From the IMG/VR virus record IMGVR_UViG_3300028887_000066, positions 64,001 to 128,000 of that record: 64,000 bases of DNA; one strand, written 5' to 3'. The DNA is from a virus. Lineage: Duplodnaviria; Heunggongvirae; Uroviricota; Caudoviricetes. The notes beneath the pieces were generated by a model. It saw nothing but the letters and a program-made list of their open reading frames with translations, had not been told where the DNA came from and did not search any database. Within the stretch, counting starts at the first letter, position 1. The number at the start of each line of letters is the position of its first letter. A program made the position numbers and the translations under genes. Shown in pieces: positions 21,043-31,600 of this stretch.

Positions 21043-21960
21043 ATGGGATTTTGTATAGGAAGAGTCGAGTCGAATACAAATGATGAGCTTGACGGAAAAA
21101 GGATAAAGGTTAGGATAGAGGCGGACAGCAGGACTACGGATATTCCTGATGCGTTTCCGCTTCTGCCTAAAATCATGCACATCGTCCCCAAAGTCGGGGA
21201 AGCCGTTATCGTTGTCTATCCGAATGATAAGCCAAACGAACAGCGTTTCTATCTTGGGCCGATTACCTCGCAATATCAGCATATGTTCAAGGACTATTTT
21301 GATTTCGGGGCATTGAAGCTTATTGGGGGTAAAGGTGATGCTGATACGGCAATTACTAATATACCAAAAACACACGGGGCTTTTGCAACCAACGAAGATA
21401 TTGCTATTTACGGACGTAAGAATAGTGATATTATATTGGGCGATAGCGATTTACGAATAAGATGCGGATGCCATTTAGTGAATAAAGTTGATACAACTGA
21501 CATTGCGTTTAATAAAAGTAATCCGTCATTTATTAAACTAAAATATCATGAAAATCCAGTACAAGTAACAAAACCTAAATGGATGAATGACAGGTTTGAA
21601 AAAGTACCTTCAGGAAACCTTGAAAGTAGTGCTTGTATTGTGGCGCAAGAGATTAATCTTATAAGTACGGATAGCGGGAATCCATACATCAATACGTCGA
21701 ATACCGACATAAAGAACCGTCTAAGTAAAAATAATGGTAATGAGGGAATATCCGATGAGGATTTGGCAAAGTTCATTGAAGAAGCACATCCGCTTCCATA
21801 CGGCGATACTTTGATCAAGTTCCTTCATATATTCATAAAGGCATTTGAAAATCATACACACAGATACCATCAGATGATACCCGTACAGGATGAAACAATG
21901 AAAACCCTGAAATCATATCCACTAAATGATATACTTAGTAAAAATGTCAGAATTAATTAA
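21043..21960 (+). CDS. baseplate hub/central spike protein (gp5/gpV-like OB fold)
   Basis: GRV....D......RIKVRI...P..GE.V.V...RFYLG; C-terminal HTH(R)YH metal-binding tip. Confidence 0.75.
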   Translation: MGFCIGRVESNTNDELDGKRIKVRIEADSRTTDIPDAFPLLPKIMHIVPKVGEAVIVVYPNDKPNEQRFYLGPITSQYQHMFKDYFDFGALKLIGGKGDADTAITNIPKTHGAFATNEDIAIYGRKNSDIILGDSDLRIRCGCHLVNKVDTTDIAFNKSNPSFIKLKYHENPVQVTKPKWMNDRFEKVPSGNLESSACIVAQEINLISTDSGNPYINTSNTDIKNRLSKNNGNEGISDEDLAKFIEEAHPLPYGDTLIKFLHIFIKAFENHTHRYHQMIPVQDETMKTLKSYPLNDILSKNVRIN

Positions 21961-21969
21961 TAGACAAAT

Positions 21970-21995
21970 ATAGCGGATTAGAAATAATCCGCTAT
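21970..21995. terminator. bidirectional terminator
   Basis: Perfect 11-bp stem atagcggatta-GAAA-taatccgctat between convergent genes. Confidence 0.8.
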
Positions 21996-22001
21996 CTCTT
22001 T

Positions 22002-23414
22002 TTATATACGTTTCCTGTCAAATTTGCTTACTATCTCGAATCTCAATTCATCTTTGAATACCTGCATTTCCCTTCCATTATTGACCTTAATGTCAATCCT
22101 GTATTTTTGAGGTATTAATCCGCCTGTATCTATGATAAAATAATTATAGTCATTACATATGTTGACATTATCCCATTCAATTACAGGAATCTCCTTGTCA
22201 CCGTCCATCGTATAGAGCCTATAATACACATTTCCCTTTACTTCGTCCCTGTGATGTGTATATGGCTTTCTAAAATCAACGGAAATCTCTCTAATTTCGT
22301 CTCTGTTGAGTTTTTCATCGTTCCTGATACCATTAACCACTACGCTTGTTTTAAGCGTCTGTAGAGGCTTTTTTCCTACCTTTGCGAACATTTCCATAGG
22401 TAGGGTCACAAACTCCATTTCAACGTCGTCTAAATTGTCACCGTCAAGTTTTATATTAGACCACACATCTTCCAATATCATCTCGGCATCATAGTCTTTT
22501 TTTGCTAACTTAACTTTTGCATAATAGACCCCTTTCGTCTGATGTACGACCTCATATTCATTTCCATCAATGGTACATTTGGGCAATTCGTCCAAATCAC
22601 GCATACTTCCACCTATATTTGCATACAGGTACAGCCTGTTTTCCTTACCAAGATAGAATGAGTGTCTGTTGTCGTTTATTGCATCATCTTTCCTTGTCTC
22701 GACAAACGGATGGTAAAATGTATTTGTTTCATCAGTAAAGAAGCCCGTATAGAATGTTTCCCTGAGTTCCTCCGTTTCAATCAATGGTGCAAATGCTATT
22801 CCTAACCCGTAGTTATGTTCATTTTCGTCAAGTATTTTGTTTACATATCCCGTAATGTCAATATCCAAGTTTTCATTACCATACTCGAAATGCTGTTCGC
22901 CTATTATTATACTATTTTCACCATTTTTGAATTTATCGTATTCCCTGAATAACTGTTCAGTAGTGTATATACCCTCATTCGACCATTGAACGCCTGTCTT
23001 CGAATAATACCAATTGCATGATTCGGTAGAAACAGCCGCGTCACCCCTGAGCCAAAAATCCTTTGAATCGTCAAAACCGCAGCCCCTGTCCCATGATTTA
23101 GGCAATTTGAACAATATGACATCAAAACCCGTTGCACGATGTTTTAATTCATTCTCATCGTTACTTTTAATGGGTTTATGGAAATTACGTTGATCAACGG
23201 AACCAGCATTATACATTTTAAGTGTATGCGTCAATCCTTCTGTTGAAAGGTAATAATTTGAAATATCAGTTTTTATCTTATCTGTATCGAAATAAAGCAA
23301 AAACCTTGATGTAATCAGACCATGATTAAGCATTGCTATCGGATAAAGCCCGTAGTTGTCATATGAATCTTTTACTATCGTATTGGTTTTTGTTATAAAT
23401 GTCCTTGTAACCAT
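22002..23414 (-). CDS. virion structural protein (DNRLRE-like beta domain plus Ig-like domains)
   Basis: SRFLLYFD, W..G.G, DIDIT.YV...L.....NYGLGI pattern; late-type motif upstream. Confidence 0.55.
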   Translation of the reverse strand: MVTRTFITKTNTIVKDSYDNYGLYPIAMLNHGLITSRFLLYFDTDKIKTDISNYYLSTEGLTHTLKMYNAGSVDQRNFHKPIKSNDENELKHRATGFDVILFKLPKSWDRGCGFDDSKDFWLRGDAAVSTESCNWYYSKTGVQWSNEGIYTTEQLFREYDKFKNGENSIIIGEQHFEYGNENLDIDITGYVNKILDENEHNYGLGIAFAPLIETEELRETFYTGFFTDETNTFYHPFVETRKDDAINDNRHSFYLGKENRLYLYANIGGSMRDLDELPKCTIDGNEYEVVHQTKGVYYAKVKLAKKDYDAEMILEDVWSNIKLDGDNLDDVEMEFVTLPMEMFAKVGKKPLQTLKTSVVVNGIRNDEKLNRDEIREISVDFRKPYTHHRDEVKGNVYYRLYTMDGDKEIPVIEWDNVNICNDYNYFIIDTGGLIPQKYRIDIKVNNGREMQVFKDELRFEIVSKFDRKRI

Positions 23415-23678
23415 CTTGAAAAACAGTCTTATTTACTATAAATACTTTCTCGATGCACATTTTCAACCGCTATAAAATTTTTATATGCAAAACCTGTATT
23501 AAGTAAAATGAGCGTATATTTATCTTTAGAACAAGGCAAAATCACTGCAATTGCGGTGGTCAGAGCTTATATATTACCCAATAGGGAGGCGTATCATTAT
23601 AAAATGGCGGCCTCCTCTCATTTTTTATGTATATTTGTAACAAACTTGTATGTAACAAATAAAAATTTAAATAAGAAT

Positions 23679-24032
23679 ATGTTCAAGGTAGCAATAATAG
23701 GCGGATCAACGACAAACGACTATGGTTTCTTTGAAAAGAAATGCATCGAATGCCTTAGGAATAAAGCCAAAACCGACACTATAATGATATATAGCATCGG
23801 AGACGAATTTGTTGAAAGATTTGCAAACAGGTTCAATATTGATGTCAGTATTATTTCCCAACACTTCAAAAAATACAAAAATGACACTGACAAGATGAAA
23901 GATGATGAACTATTCGGTAAAATAGATGCCATCATCATATTCGATAATTTCAAATACGCTAAGTCTGTTTCACAAGTATCAAATGAGAAAAATATACCTA
24001 CGAGACTAATACGCAAAAATGGCAAACCGTAA
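23679..24032 (+). CDS. SLOG/YspA-like small protein (degenerate)
   Basis: KVAIIGGS..NDY.F...C and DAIIIF.. pattern; TATATTTG at 23630; likely start 23679. Confidence 0.5.
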   Translation: MFKVAIIGGSTTNDYGFFEKKCIECLRNKAKTDTIMIYSIGDEFVERFANRFNIDVSIISQHFKKYKNDTDKMKDDELFGKIDAIIIFDNFKYAKSVSQVSNEKNIPTRLIRKNGKP

Positions 24033-24050
24033 AAGTCTGCCATTTTCATT

Positions 24051-24437
24051 TTATTTTATAAATATTGCCAAATCCTCGATAATAGGGACTATCAAATTAC
24101 CCGCATCATATGTAACTCCGCTTTCATAAAGGTCTGAATTGAACGTTATCTCAAATCTCCCCAAGAATTCACCCCTTTCCTTCACATCCCTTGGTTTCCA
24201 ATCATATTGAAGAATGTATCGGTCTTCACAACAGTTTCCATTGATCCTCTGTATAGTCGCAGGTTGTTTTGAAATCCTCAGCCTCTTGTCGGCATCCCAC
24301 ATTGTGAACGTCACGTCTGCATTCTGTACCGCATTATTGAATGTGTAGCTTTTTATATAATCATATGTCCCATCATCTATCAATTCCATCCTGAGTTTTG
24401 GAAGAAGTGACCCTTTGTTTATATAGAATGTTTGCAT
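24051..24437 (-). CDS. BppU-like baseplate/tail Ig-type protein
   Basis: FYINKG.LLP.L..EL...A.VTFTM...YDW...D....G.F.G.FEITF. Confidence 0.6.
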   Translation of the reverse strand: MQTFYINKGSLLPKLRMELIDDGTYDYIKSYTFNNAVQNADVTFTMWDADKRLRISKQPATIQRINGNCCEDRYILQYDWKPRDVKERGEFLGRFEITFNSDLYESGVTYDAGNLIVPIIEDLAIFIK

Positions 24438-24468
24438 TTCTTCTCAGTGTATTTTCTAATAAATACTT

Positions 24469-24912
24469 TCAAGATTTCTTTTTACTTATGGAAAAACCAT
24501 TATTATACATTGCCTTTCCCAAATCATCAGTGATTGACAAAATCATGGGTTCTGCTAACGGTTTCAAACTCTTTAATAAAATAGGGTTTTCATTTTTTTG
24601 TTTAAACAACACCTGAAAAGAAAGAAAACTGTGCTTACCGACTTTTATTCCACCAGTGGCGACATCGAAATCGATGATAAAATTCCTGTCAAATATATCA
24701 CTATTCATTAAACTTCTTGATATTGATGTCTTGAATGATTTTTTTGACGAATTTACGTTGTATGTATAATCATCCATTTCTTCAGACGGTGTTATAAACG
24801 CTTTCCCTTCTATATATACCGCTTTTGGGTTAAGTCTGTTTACTGTACCCATTTTCAGGTTAAAATACTGCGAATCTATCTTCTTCTCAGCATTTAGTCT
24901 TTTTTCTGCCAT
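24469..24912 (-). CDS. hypothetical protein
   Basis: Clean ORF. Confidence 0.65.
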   Translation of the reverse strand: MAEKRLNAEKKIDSQYFNLKMGTVNRLNPKAVYIEGKAFITPSEEMDDYTYNVNSSKKSFKTSISRSLMNSDIFDRNFIIDFDVATGGIKVGKHSFLSFQVLFKQKNENPILLKSLKPLAEPMILSITDDLGKAMYNNGFSISKKKS

Positions 24913-24988
24913 TTTCACATTTACATTTTGTTAAAAATACAAAAAATGGCAAATACTCCATTGAATATCTGCCATTGTATTTTTAATC

Positions 24989-25459
24989 CTATGCAAGTAT
25001 GGAACTAAGCATTATACCAAGCATCCCCAAACACTCACCGAAATAATACGGGTATTTCTTACCTATCTTTGTACACAATACAAGAAGTCCGTAAATTGTC
25101 CCGCATATAAGCAATGGATATGGATTAGTCAATAAAGACCAAATACCGCCGCTTATTAGGGCTGTGTACGCTCCTATATTATGCGCCTTTTTTCCATGTA
25201 TGGACTTATAGTGTGGTTCTGCCCCGACGAGTGACAAACCGAAACACATCGCCAAACCCAATATGCCGATAGGTTCTGCAACTTCTAACATATGGGGAAG
25301 TTGGCTAAATGCGGCAAATACGATAACAAATGAAAACAACCATTTGTTGTAGCCTACATAGAAATCATCAGACACATATTCCTGTATTCCGTGTATAATG
25401 GCCATGACCACCACATAAATACTTATGGTGATCAAACCCACGATAGATAAATATATCAT
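24989..25459 (-). CDS. multi-pass membrane protein
   Basis: Five to six hydrophobic segments. Confidence 0.75.
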   Translation of the reverse strand: MIYLSIVGLITISIYVVVMAIIHGIQEYVSDDFYVGYNKWLFSFVIVFAAFSQLPHMLEVAEPIGILGLAMCFGLSLVGAEPHYKSIHGKKAHNIGAYTALISGGIWSLLTNPYPLLICGTIYGLLVLCTKIGKKYPYYFGECLGMLGIMLSSILA

Positions 25460-25473
25460 CTGATATTATTTTT

Positions 25474-26241
25474 TTAGAACACTAAATGTTCGGGATAATC
25501 AGCGGTATAGTCGTAACTCTTAATCGCTTGAATATCTGTCATTTCAGAAACTCTTGCCTTATGCTCTGCCGTAACGTTATAGCACTCAAGCGCATACACC
25601 TCGATAGCACTAAGCAATTGAATCACAGTATCACAAGGTACAGTATAACTCTTGCTTCCAAGCCAAAGAGTAGTTGTCTCTTCACCTGCGGCCTTTAAAA
25701 TCGTAGTAGAGTTCATAAGTCCTACGCGAGTAGCTTTATCAAGCCACATCTCATCACCGTCATAAACAAATGAGTTTACAGCTGGACTAACATCATATTC
25801 AGTAATAGTCTTGAGCATTTCCTTTCTAACACTCTCAAGTGTCTCAACAATAGGAATACCGATAAGCGGGCAAATAGCCTTTGTAACCTTTTCTGCAAAA
25901 TCAGACCAAGATTGAAGCCTTTCGTAATCTTCACGTCCTTCATCTGAAAATTCCTTATTGACAACAATTGAAAGCTGCTCTTCCTCGCTAAAACGATGTG
26001 AAAGAACGGTTTTCTTCACGCTGTCAAAAGTAGGTGAAGATGGAATAAGATAGGATACCTTCTCACCTGAACAAACAGCGATAGTATATTCACCGCTTCT
26101 ACGGATATTAAGGTCATTGAGATCGACATCTATTTCCTCGATTCCGTCCAACATCTCTATTTCCATAGAAATACCAACAGTCAAGCCGTTTTTCAGGTAT
26201 TTTCCTGCATCCGCATAGATTCTCTTGTCTTTTGTATACAT
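25474..26241 (-). CDS. DUF4376-type tail fibre assembly-like protein
   Basis: YDVSPAVNSF....MWLDKATRVGLMNS...LE/IEVYALECYNVTAEH...YDYT.DYP, typical of Bacteroidota phages. Confidence 0.75.
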   Translation of the reverse strand: MYTKDKRIYADAGKYLKNGLTVGISMEIEMLDGIEEIDVDLNDLNIRRSGEYTIAVCSGEKVSYLIPSSPTFDSVKKTVLSHRFSEEEQLSIVVNKEFSDEGREDYERLQSWSDFAEKVTKAICPLIGIPIVETLESVRKEMLKTITEYDVSPAVNSFVYDGDEMWLDKATRVGLMNSTTILKAAGEETTTLWLGSKSYTVPCDTVIQLLSAIEVYALECYNVTAEHKARVSEMTDIQAIKSYDYTADYPEHLVF

Positions 26242-27494
26242 AATCTTTCTCTATTTTTTATAATGTAAATACAACTTGGAAGATGTTTTTCTAACCGACA
26301 TCCATCTTCACAGTATTCTTTATATGCTTTTACTTTCTTATATTTCTCGTCATAGTAGCAATACTTCCACAATATGTCCAAATCCTTAGACAAAAGCAGT
26401 TTCTTTCTTACTTTGTATGTATCCTTATGCAACATGAATCCCAAATATGAATTCATCACGCATATTGCATGAGCAATAACTTCTTTGTTTCCTGGAGACA
26501 ACTCAAGCTGCCTCTTGATTTTCCTCATTGCTTCCCATGCACTTCCGATAGTCCTTTTCGCAATATAAAGTCTGTTAGGCTTTATAACTGTCCCTATAAA
26601 TTTTATGCCCTTCTGTACTTCTTGTATATATACTTTTTTAGGGTGGAGCATTACACCATTCTCCTTCAGTTTTTTCCTTATTTGTGAACGCGCCTTCAAA
26701 AGCTTCTTCTTATCGTTACACACAATATAGAAATCGTCCACATAACGCCCGTAATACTCAAACCCCATATCTTCTCTTATCCAATGATCAAACCAAGATA
26801 AGTAAAAATTAGCGAATATCTGCGATGTAAGATTGCCAATAGGAAGCCCCTTATCGGGGTCACAGAAAAACAATGATTTGTTTTTCGGCAATCCGTTCCA
26901 ATGTGCCTTAGACTGTTTTCTTACACAATTGTCTTGAGGACGATTAAATACTATCAAATTAAGTAGCCAAAGTATATAATTGGTTTCTCTTTCAGGAAAA
27001 TTAACTTTTTCTTTAATAAAATTAAGTAACATATAAAAAAGTTTTGGCTTAGATATTGACATAAAAAACGACTTCAAATCACATTTAAGAATATAAGTCT
27101 CTTTCGTATAGTTTTCAGAACATTTCTCAATCTGTTCCTTACAACGCACCACACCGTATTCAGTTCCTTTTCCTTCACGGCAAGAATAAGCATCATCAAT
27201 GAATTCCCTTTCAAAGTATGGCATCAGTCTGTTGATCACCAAATGATGAACTATTCTGTCCCTAAAGTCAGCCGCAAACACCTCTCTTTTAACAGGATAG
27301 TCAACGACAAAGACAATACTTCTTCCAACAGTGTAAGTTTTCCTATTCAGGTCAATCCATAGCTTATACAATTCAATCTCATCATTCATTTCGAATAATG
27401 CGGAATTAACTGTACGCCTTTTTCTTTTCCGACAATCCAAATATGCCTCATATAATTCATCATATGTGACATACTCCTGTTCAAATGTCACCAT
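26193..27494 (-). CDS. brt: DGR reverse transcriptase
   Basis: FRDRIVHH, KCDLKSFF, GLPIGNLTSQ (DGR-type SQ) and YGRYVDDF motifs; adjacent TR. Confidence 0.97.
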   Translation of the reverse strand: MVTFEQEYVTYDELYEAYLDCRKRKRRTVNSALFEMNDEIELYKLWIDLNRKTYTVGRSIVFVVDYPVKREVFAADFRDRIVHHLVINRLMPYFEREFIDDAYSCREGKGTEYGVVRCKEQIEKCSENYTKETYILKCDLKSFFMSISKPKLFYMLLNFIKEKVNFPERETNYILWLLNLIVFNRPQDNCVRKQSKAHWNGLPKNKSLFFCDPDKGLPIGNLTSQIFANFYLSWFDHWIREDMGFEYYGRYVDDFYIVCNDKKKLLKARSQIRKKLKENGVMLHPKKVYIQEVQKGIKFIGTVIKPNRLYIAKRTIGSAWEAMRKIKRQLELSPGNKEVIAHAICVMNSYLGFMLHKDTYKVRKKLLLSKDLDILWKYCYYDEKYKKVKAYKEYCEDGCRLEKHLPSCIYIIKNRERLCIQKTRESMRMQENT

Positions 27495-27561
27495 TTTACT
27501 TGATCAACCTCTTTATTTAATAAAAAGAATTTATGCGGTCACTACGGGTAGTAATACCAAG

Positions 27562-27727
27562 AGCTGCGCGACGCACCCGACTACACGGCGAGGAACGCCC
27601 TGACATTGTTGCTATTGTTCTTATTGTTGTTGTTGACATTACCATTGTTCGTGTTAACGTTCCTCGCATTCGTTGCTGAATACTCGGAGCTACTCCAATA
27701 GTTGTTGTTCGTATTCAACGCAAAGGC
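27562..27727 (-). repeat. DGR template repeat (TR), 166 bp
   Basis: Aligns without gaps to 28496..28661; 18 AAY codons; 23 differences, all at TR adenines on the coding strand. Confidence 0.97.
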
Positions 27728-27882
27728 CAATGCAGTTGCAGCTAAATGATCTTCTGAGACCATCATTAACAGACACATAAAGTGTATTACCTGTGTGCAA
27801 CCCTTTTAATATATTTTACCCCTCATTCTTGCAAGCGTACCTGCAAGCGATAGGCGGCCGCCATTAAATTCTTATTTCCTTT

Positions 27883-28290
27883 TTACTTGTTATTATTACT
27901 TTGTTCCAATGCTATCCTATCTTCAAGAGTCTTTATGAAATCCTCAAGCTGTGTTTTTATCGAACCTGCATATTTCATAAATATACCCATGTCCCTAACT
28001 GTAATCGTCCTCAATTCGACCAAGATATTACCTAAGATTATTACCTCCTCTATCTTGTCCATTACTTCTTTAAAGTACCTAACTTTCTCAGTCAAGGTCT
28101 GATTGTTATAGCCTCTCATATAAATCAATAGAGCATCACGTGCAGCCATAACAATTGCATCACCATACCAAATACGGTCAAACTTCTTAACATTTCTGAC
28201 ACGAGTGTCAATCTCTTTTAGGAGTGCTTTTATGTCTAAAAATATATTAGTAACACGGTATCCTGCCTGTTTCTTATTGGCTCTTCCCAT
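27883..28290 (-). CDS. avd: DGR accessory variability determinant (Avd-like four-helix bundle)
   Basis: 135-aa basic helical protein between the target and TR, as in the mtd-avd-TR-brt order. Confidence 0.8.
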   Translation of the reverse strand: MGRANKKQAGYRVTNIFLDIKALLKEIDTRVRNVKKFDRIWYGDAIVMAARDALLIYMRGYNNQTLTEKVRYFKEVMDKIEEVIILGNILVELRTITVRDMGIFMKYAGSIKTQLEDFIKTLEDRIALEQSNNNK

Positions 28291-28391
28291 TACTATCAGT
28301 TTTTTATTATTTGTTTATTATAACAATTTGCTGTTAATTCTAAACTTATTATTACTTCTTCCATTATTCATGGAATTTTTATTGATATAAC

Positions 28392-28419
28392 CCTCTCCCC
28401 GTTCTAAGGCGGGGAGAGG
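28392..28419. other. GC-rich hairpin downstream of the DGR target (terminator or DGR cruciform)
   Basis: cctctccccg-8 nt-cggggagagg, a perfect 10-bp stem. Confidence 0.6.
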
Positions 28420-28495
28420 AAATTACATCTTCTTTGTTGCTTGTTTCTCTGTAAAGCTTTTTCTTACCAGCATTTCTAAGATTCTGTAAGATAAA

Positions 28496-28661
28496 AGCTG
28501 CGCGACGCACCCGACTACACGGCGAGGAACGCCCTGACATGGAGGCTACCGTACTTATTGTCGCCGTAGACACTACCATAGTACGTGTAAACGTACCTCG
28601 CACGCGCCGCTGAATACTCGGAGCTACTCCAATAGAAGTTGTACGTATACAACGCAAAGGC
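28496..28661 (-). repeat. DGR variable repeat (VR) at the 3' end of the target gene
   Basis: 166-bp copy of TR with A-to-N substitutions; G/C-rich TCGGGTGCGTCGCGCAGC after the stop codon. Confidence 0.97.
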
Positions 28662-31600
28662 AGTACCTGACCCATATGCCGTGTTGATGGCCGATACGAT
28701 TCTATTAATAACTGCCAACTTTGGAATAATATATCCAAGCTCACCACAAGCAGGTAAGTACCAATCTCCTGCGCTTGTACCTGTAGTATGGAACCTACGG
28801 CAGCAACAAGCAGCTGGATAATAACCTGAATTGTAGCTGTTAGTAATCGCTGAAGCGGTAGTCCAGCCTGACTGTGCTGTGGCCATTGCTGTAATTATAT
28901 CGGTATTCTTCTTACCATTGAAATCAGCAGTAGCAGTACCTGCCATCACATATGCCTCGTTCTGCTCCAATGTTTCACCGCTGAATGGTGCGCTTCCCTT
29001 GAATGGTGAAGGACACATTCTTTCAGCCAAAGGCTCAGTTGCACCGCTTGAAGTATCAAGATAGTACCATAAATTATCCTGAATGAAGCTGTCAGTTACA
29101 CCAGAGTTCTTATACTTGAAGTATGTGGTGTTATATTGCTCCTCTGAACCAAGACGTGTATAGTCATTAGTTGGAACTGTAGAACCACTGATAGTAGGAA
29201 CCTTAGTTAAATTAGGAAGTGAATTAATATTAACATTATAACCACCCCAATACATACCTTGGTCACTGCCACCAACCTCAGGATTATCATAGTGCATACC
29301 CTTGAGTGACATCACACGTGCGGTACGATCCTTAGTGTGAGTACGTGGAACGACTGTTATACCGATAGGAACACGTCCTGTTGGAATTGTTACACTTACG
29401 GCTGTATTGTAACCACTTGCATTGTATGTGTATGTAGGTCTTGCGAATGTCATATCATCAAGAAGGACATCACCGAATTTACCATACAACTCCTGTCCGA
29501 TAAGGATATTACGTGTAACTATTGCACTACCACGTCCGTTTTCATATGTCAAAGTTGCCTTCAAGACATTTGTCATAGCCTGTGGATTATTAGTTGTAGT
29601 ATACAACGTACATTGTGACTGTCCAGAAGCACTTATGATAGCGTCAGAACCGTCAATCTCCCAAGTTACTGTATAGTTACCTGTATAGAACGGTTTCTCA
29701 AAGTTCAACCTGTAAACGTGATAAGTGTTAAGCTCATCAAGAAGGTCATCACCTGTGATATATCCATCGATGTCTTCAGGATATGTGCGCATAGTCAACG
29801 CAATGTTACGTGTCTTAGTACCACTACCAGAAATTGTCTGACCGTCTACCTCAGTCGTAAATGTAAATGCCGCCGTGATAGTTGCCGTTTCAGCACTTGC
29901 AAGAGGATATGTACAACTTGCAGTAACACCGCTATTACTCTGATTAGAAAGCGTAACTTTATTGTTATTCACACTCCAAGTAACAGATGTGATATTTCTG
30001 TTTACAGTATAGAATGAATATTCGTTAGACCATCCCTCAACCAAGTCACTACCATTGTTGGTTTCATTAGACATCTTAGACCAAGATGTTCCTCCGTCCT
30101 TAGAAGACTGACTGTAAAGAATGTCTTCGTATGTGAATGGAATTACAAATACAAGCTTGTTAGCTGGATTGAATGCATCATCACCGAAAGCAGCCTTGAT
30201 TTGATCAATAACCGTTTCATCGAACTCATCACCTGTAAGGGCAATCCTACCGCTCAAATCCATCTCACGGATACCTAACTTGATATTAGCAAGTTCAGTA
30301 ACCTTTGTAAGAGGTAATGTCCAGTTAACACCTTCGATGAACAGACGAACCTCATCAGCCTTATTGATACTGTGTGAAAGGTTATTCAACCAAGTCTGTA
30401 CCCAATCAAAGTCTGTTCCATAGTAATCATGAGTTGCATCACCGTCTGTATAGATATTGATAGTAGTCAATTCACTCTTTGTTTCAAGAGAAAGTGAAGA
30501 ATCATCAAAGTTAGGAGCCTGCCTCAATGTGATTGAGTGAATACCTGTAGGTATAGTCACCGATGTCAATGTATTAGTCATAGGCAACTGTACATTGGTA
30601 ATGCTTGTGCCGTTAAGCTTCAATGTCTTCAAACGCTTGTAGTTTGTCATATTAGCGACACCCTGGAGTGAAACGACGTTCTCAAGGTCAATATCCTCAA
30701 TGATCAATGGGAATGAAGCATCAGTCAATGTCTTAGGATTGAACTTCACATTGGATGCTGTTGCATCACCACCATCAAATTCCTTTGTACGGTTAGAATA
30801 AAGCAGAATTGAAGAATCGTTGTCATAAATGTGCTTATTCACCCAAGAACCGACACTTGAAAGATATTCAGTACCAACAATACTTGTTGTAACTGTCTGA
30901 CCACCACCAAGTTGGAATGTATGTGTATCACCAACGTGCATTCTTACAGGATGGTTAGTACCTGTCTGATCCTCACCGTGCATCGCAAAAGCATACATCT
31001 CAGCACCTGCCCTTACAGTAAGACTCTTGTTAGAATCGTCTGCAAGCTTGAAACCGAACTTACTCAATGACTTGTAGTACATTGCAAAAGTCTTCATAAA
31101 GAATGTACGCATCTTCAAGAACTGAATCTCACCCTGCAAGCTATCACCCATAGACATCGTGATAGGACGGCTATTCTTAGCTGCGTCATAAGCGTCAATA
31201 CCTGCATTACCGAGCAATGCTGCCTCCTCGTAAAGAAGCCTTGCTGTCTCATTATATGCTACAGAAGGCAAATATTTCTGAATTGAGAAATAATACCTGT
31301 TGAAACATCCGAGAACTGTATCGCCATTGATCTCATAGCCTGAACCAAGTGTACTCATTGCATCAAGCATCTGTGACATTGAACCTCTCAATGAAGGTGA
31401 TGTAGTTGCATCCCTTTCCTCAAGGTCTGTAAGGTATGCGTAAAGCAATGTACCGTAGTAACCTGTATTGTTAGCTGTGAAGAACGGTGTAGTACCATCG
31501 GCTTTCTTGTCAAAGAACTCAACATAGTAGTTCTTGTCCTTAGTACCTTCATTGTTCACACGGAAGATAGTATCATCATCATCACGCCAAGGAAGAATCT

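Larger units (their letters stand above)
26193..28661 (-). mobile_element. diversity-generating retroelement cassette (VR-avd-TR-RT)
   Basis: All canonical components present in BPP-1 order. Confidence 0.95.

Noticed and set aside
26193-27494. RT as group II intron, retron or Abi
   Set aside because: The SQ motif, adjacent Avd and TR/VR pair identify it as a DGR; no intron or msr/msd structure seen
27581-27778. 65-aa Asn-rich ORF resembling the target C-terminus
   Set aside because: It is the reading frame of the DGR template repeat and not a credible protein gene
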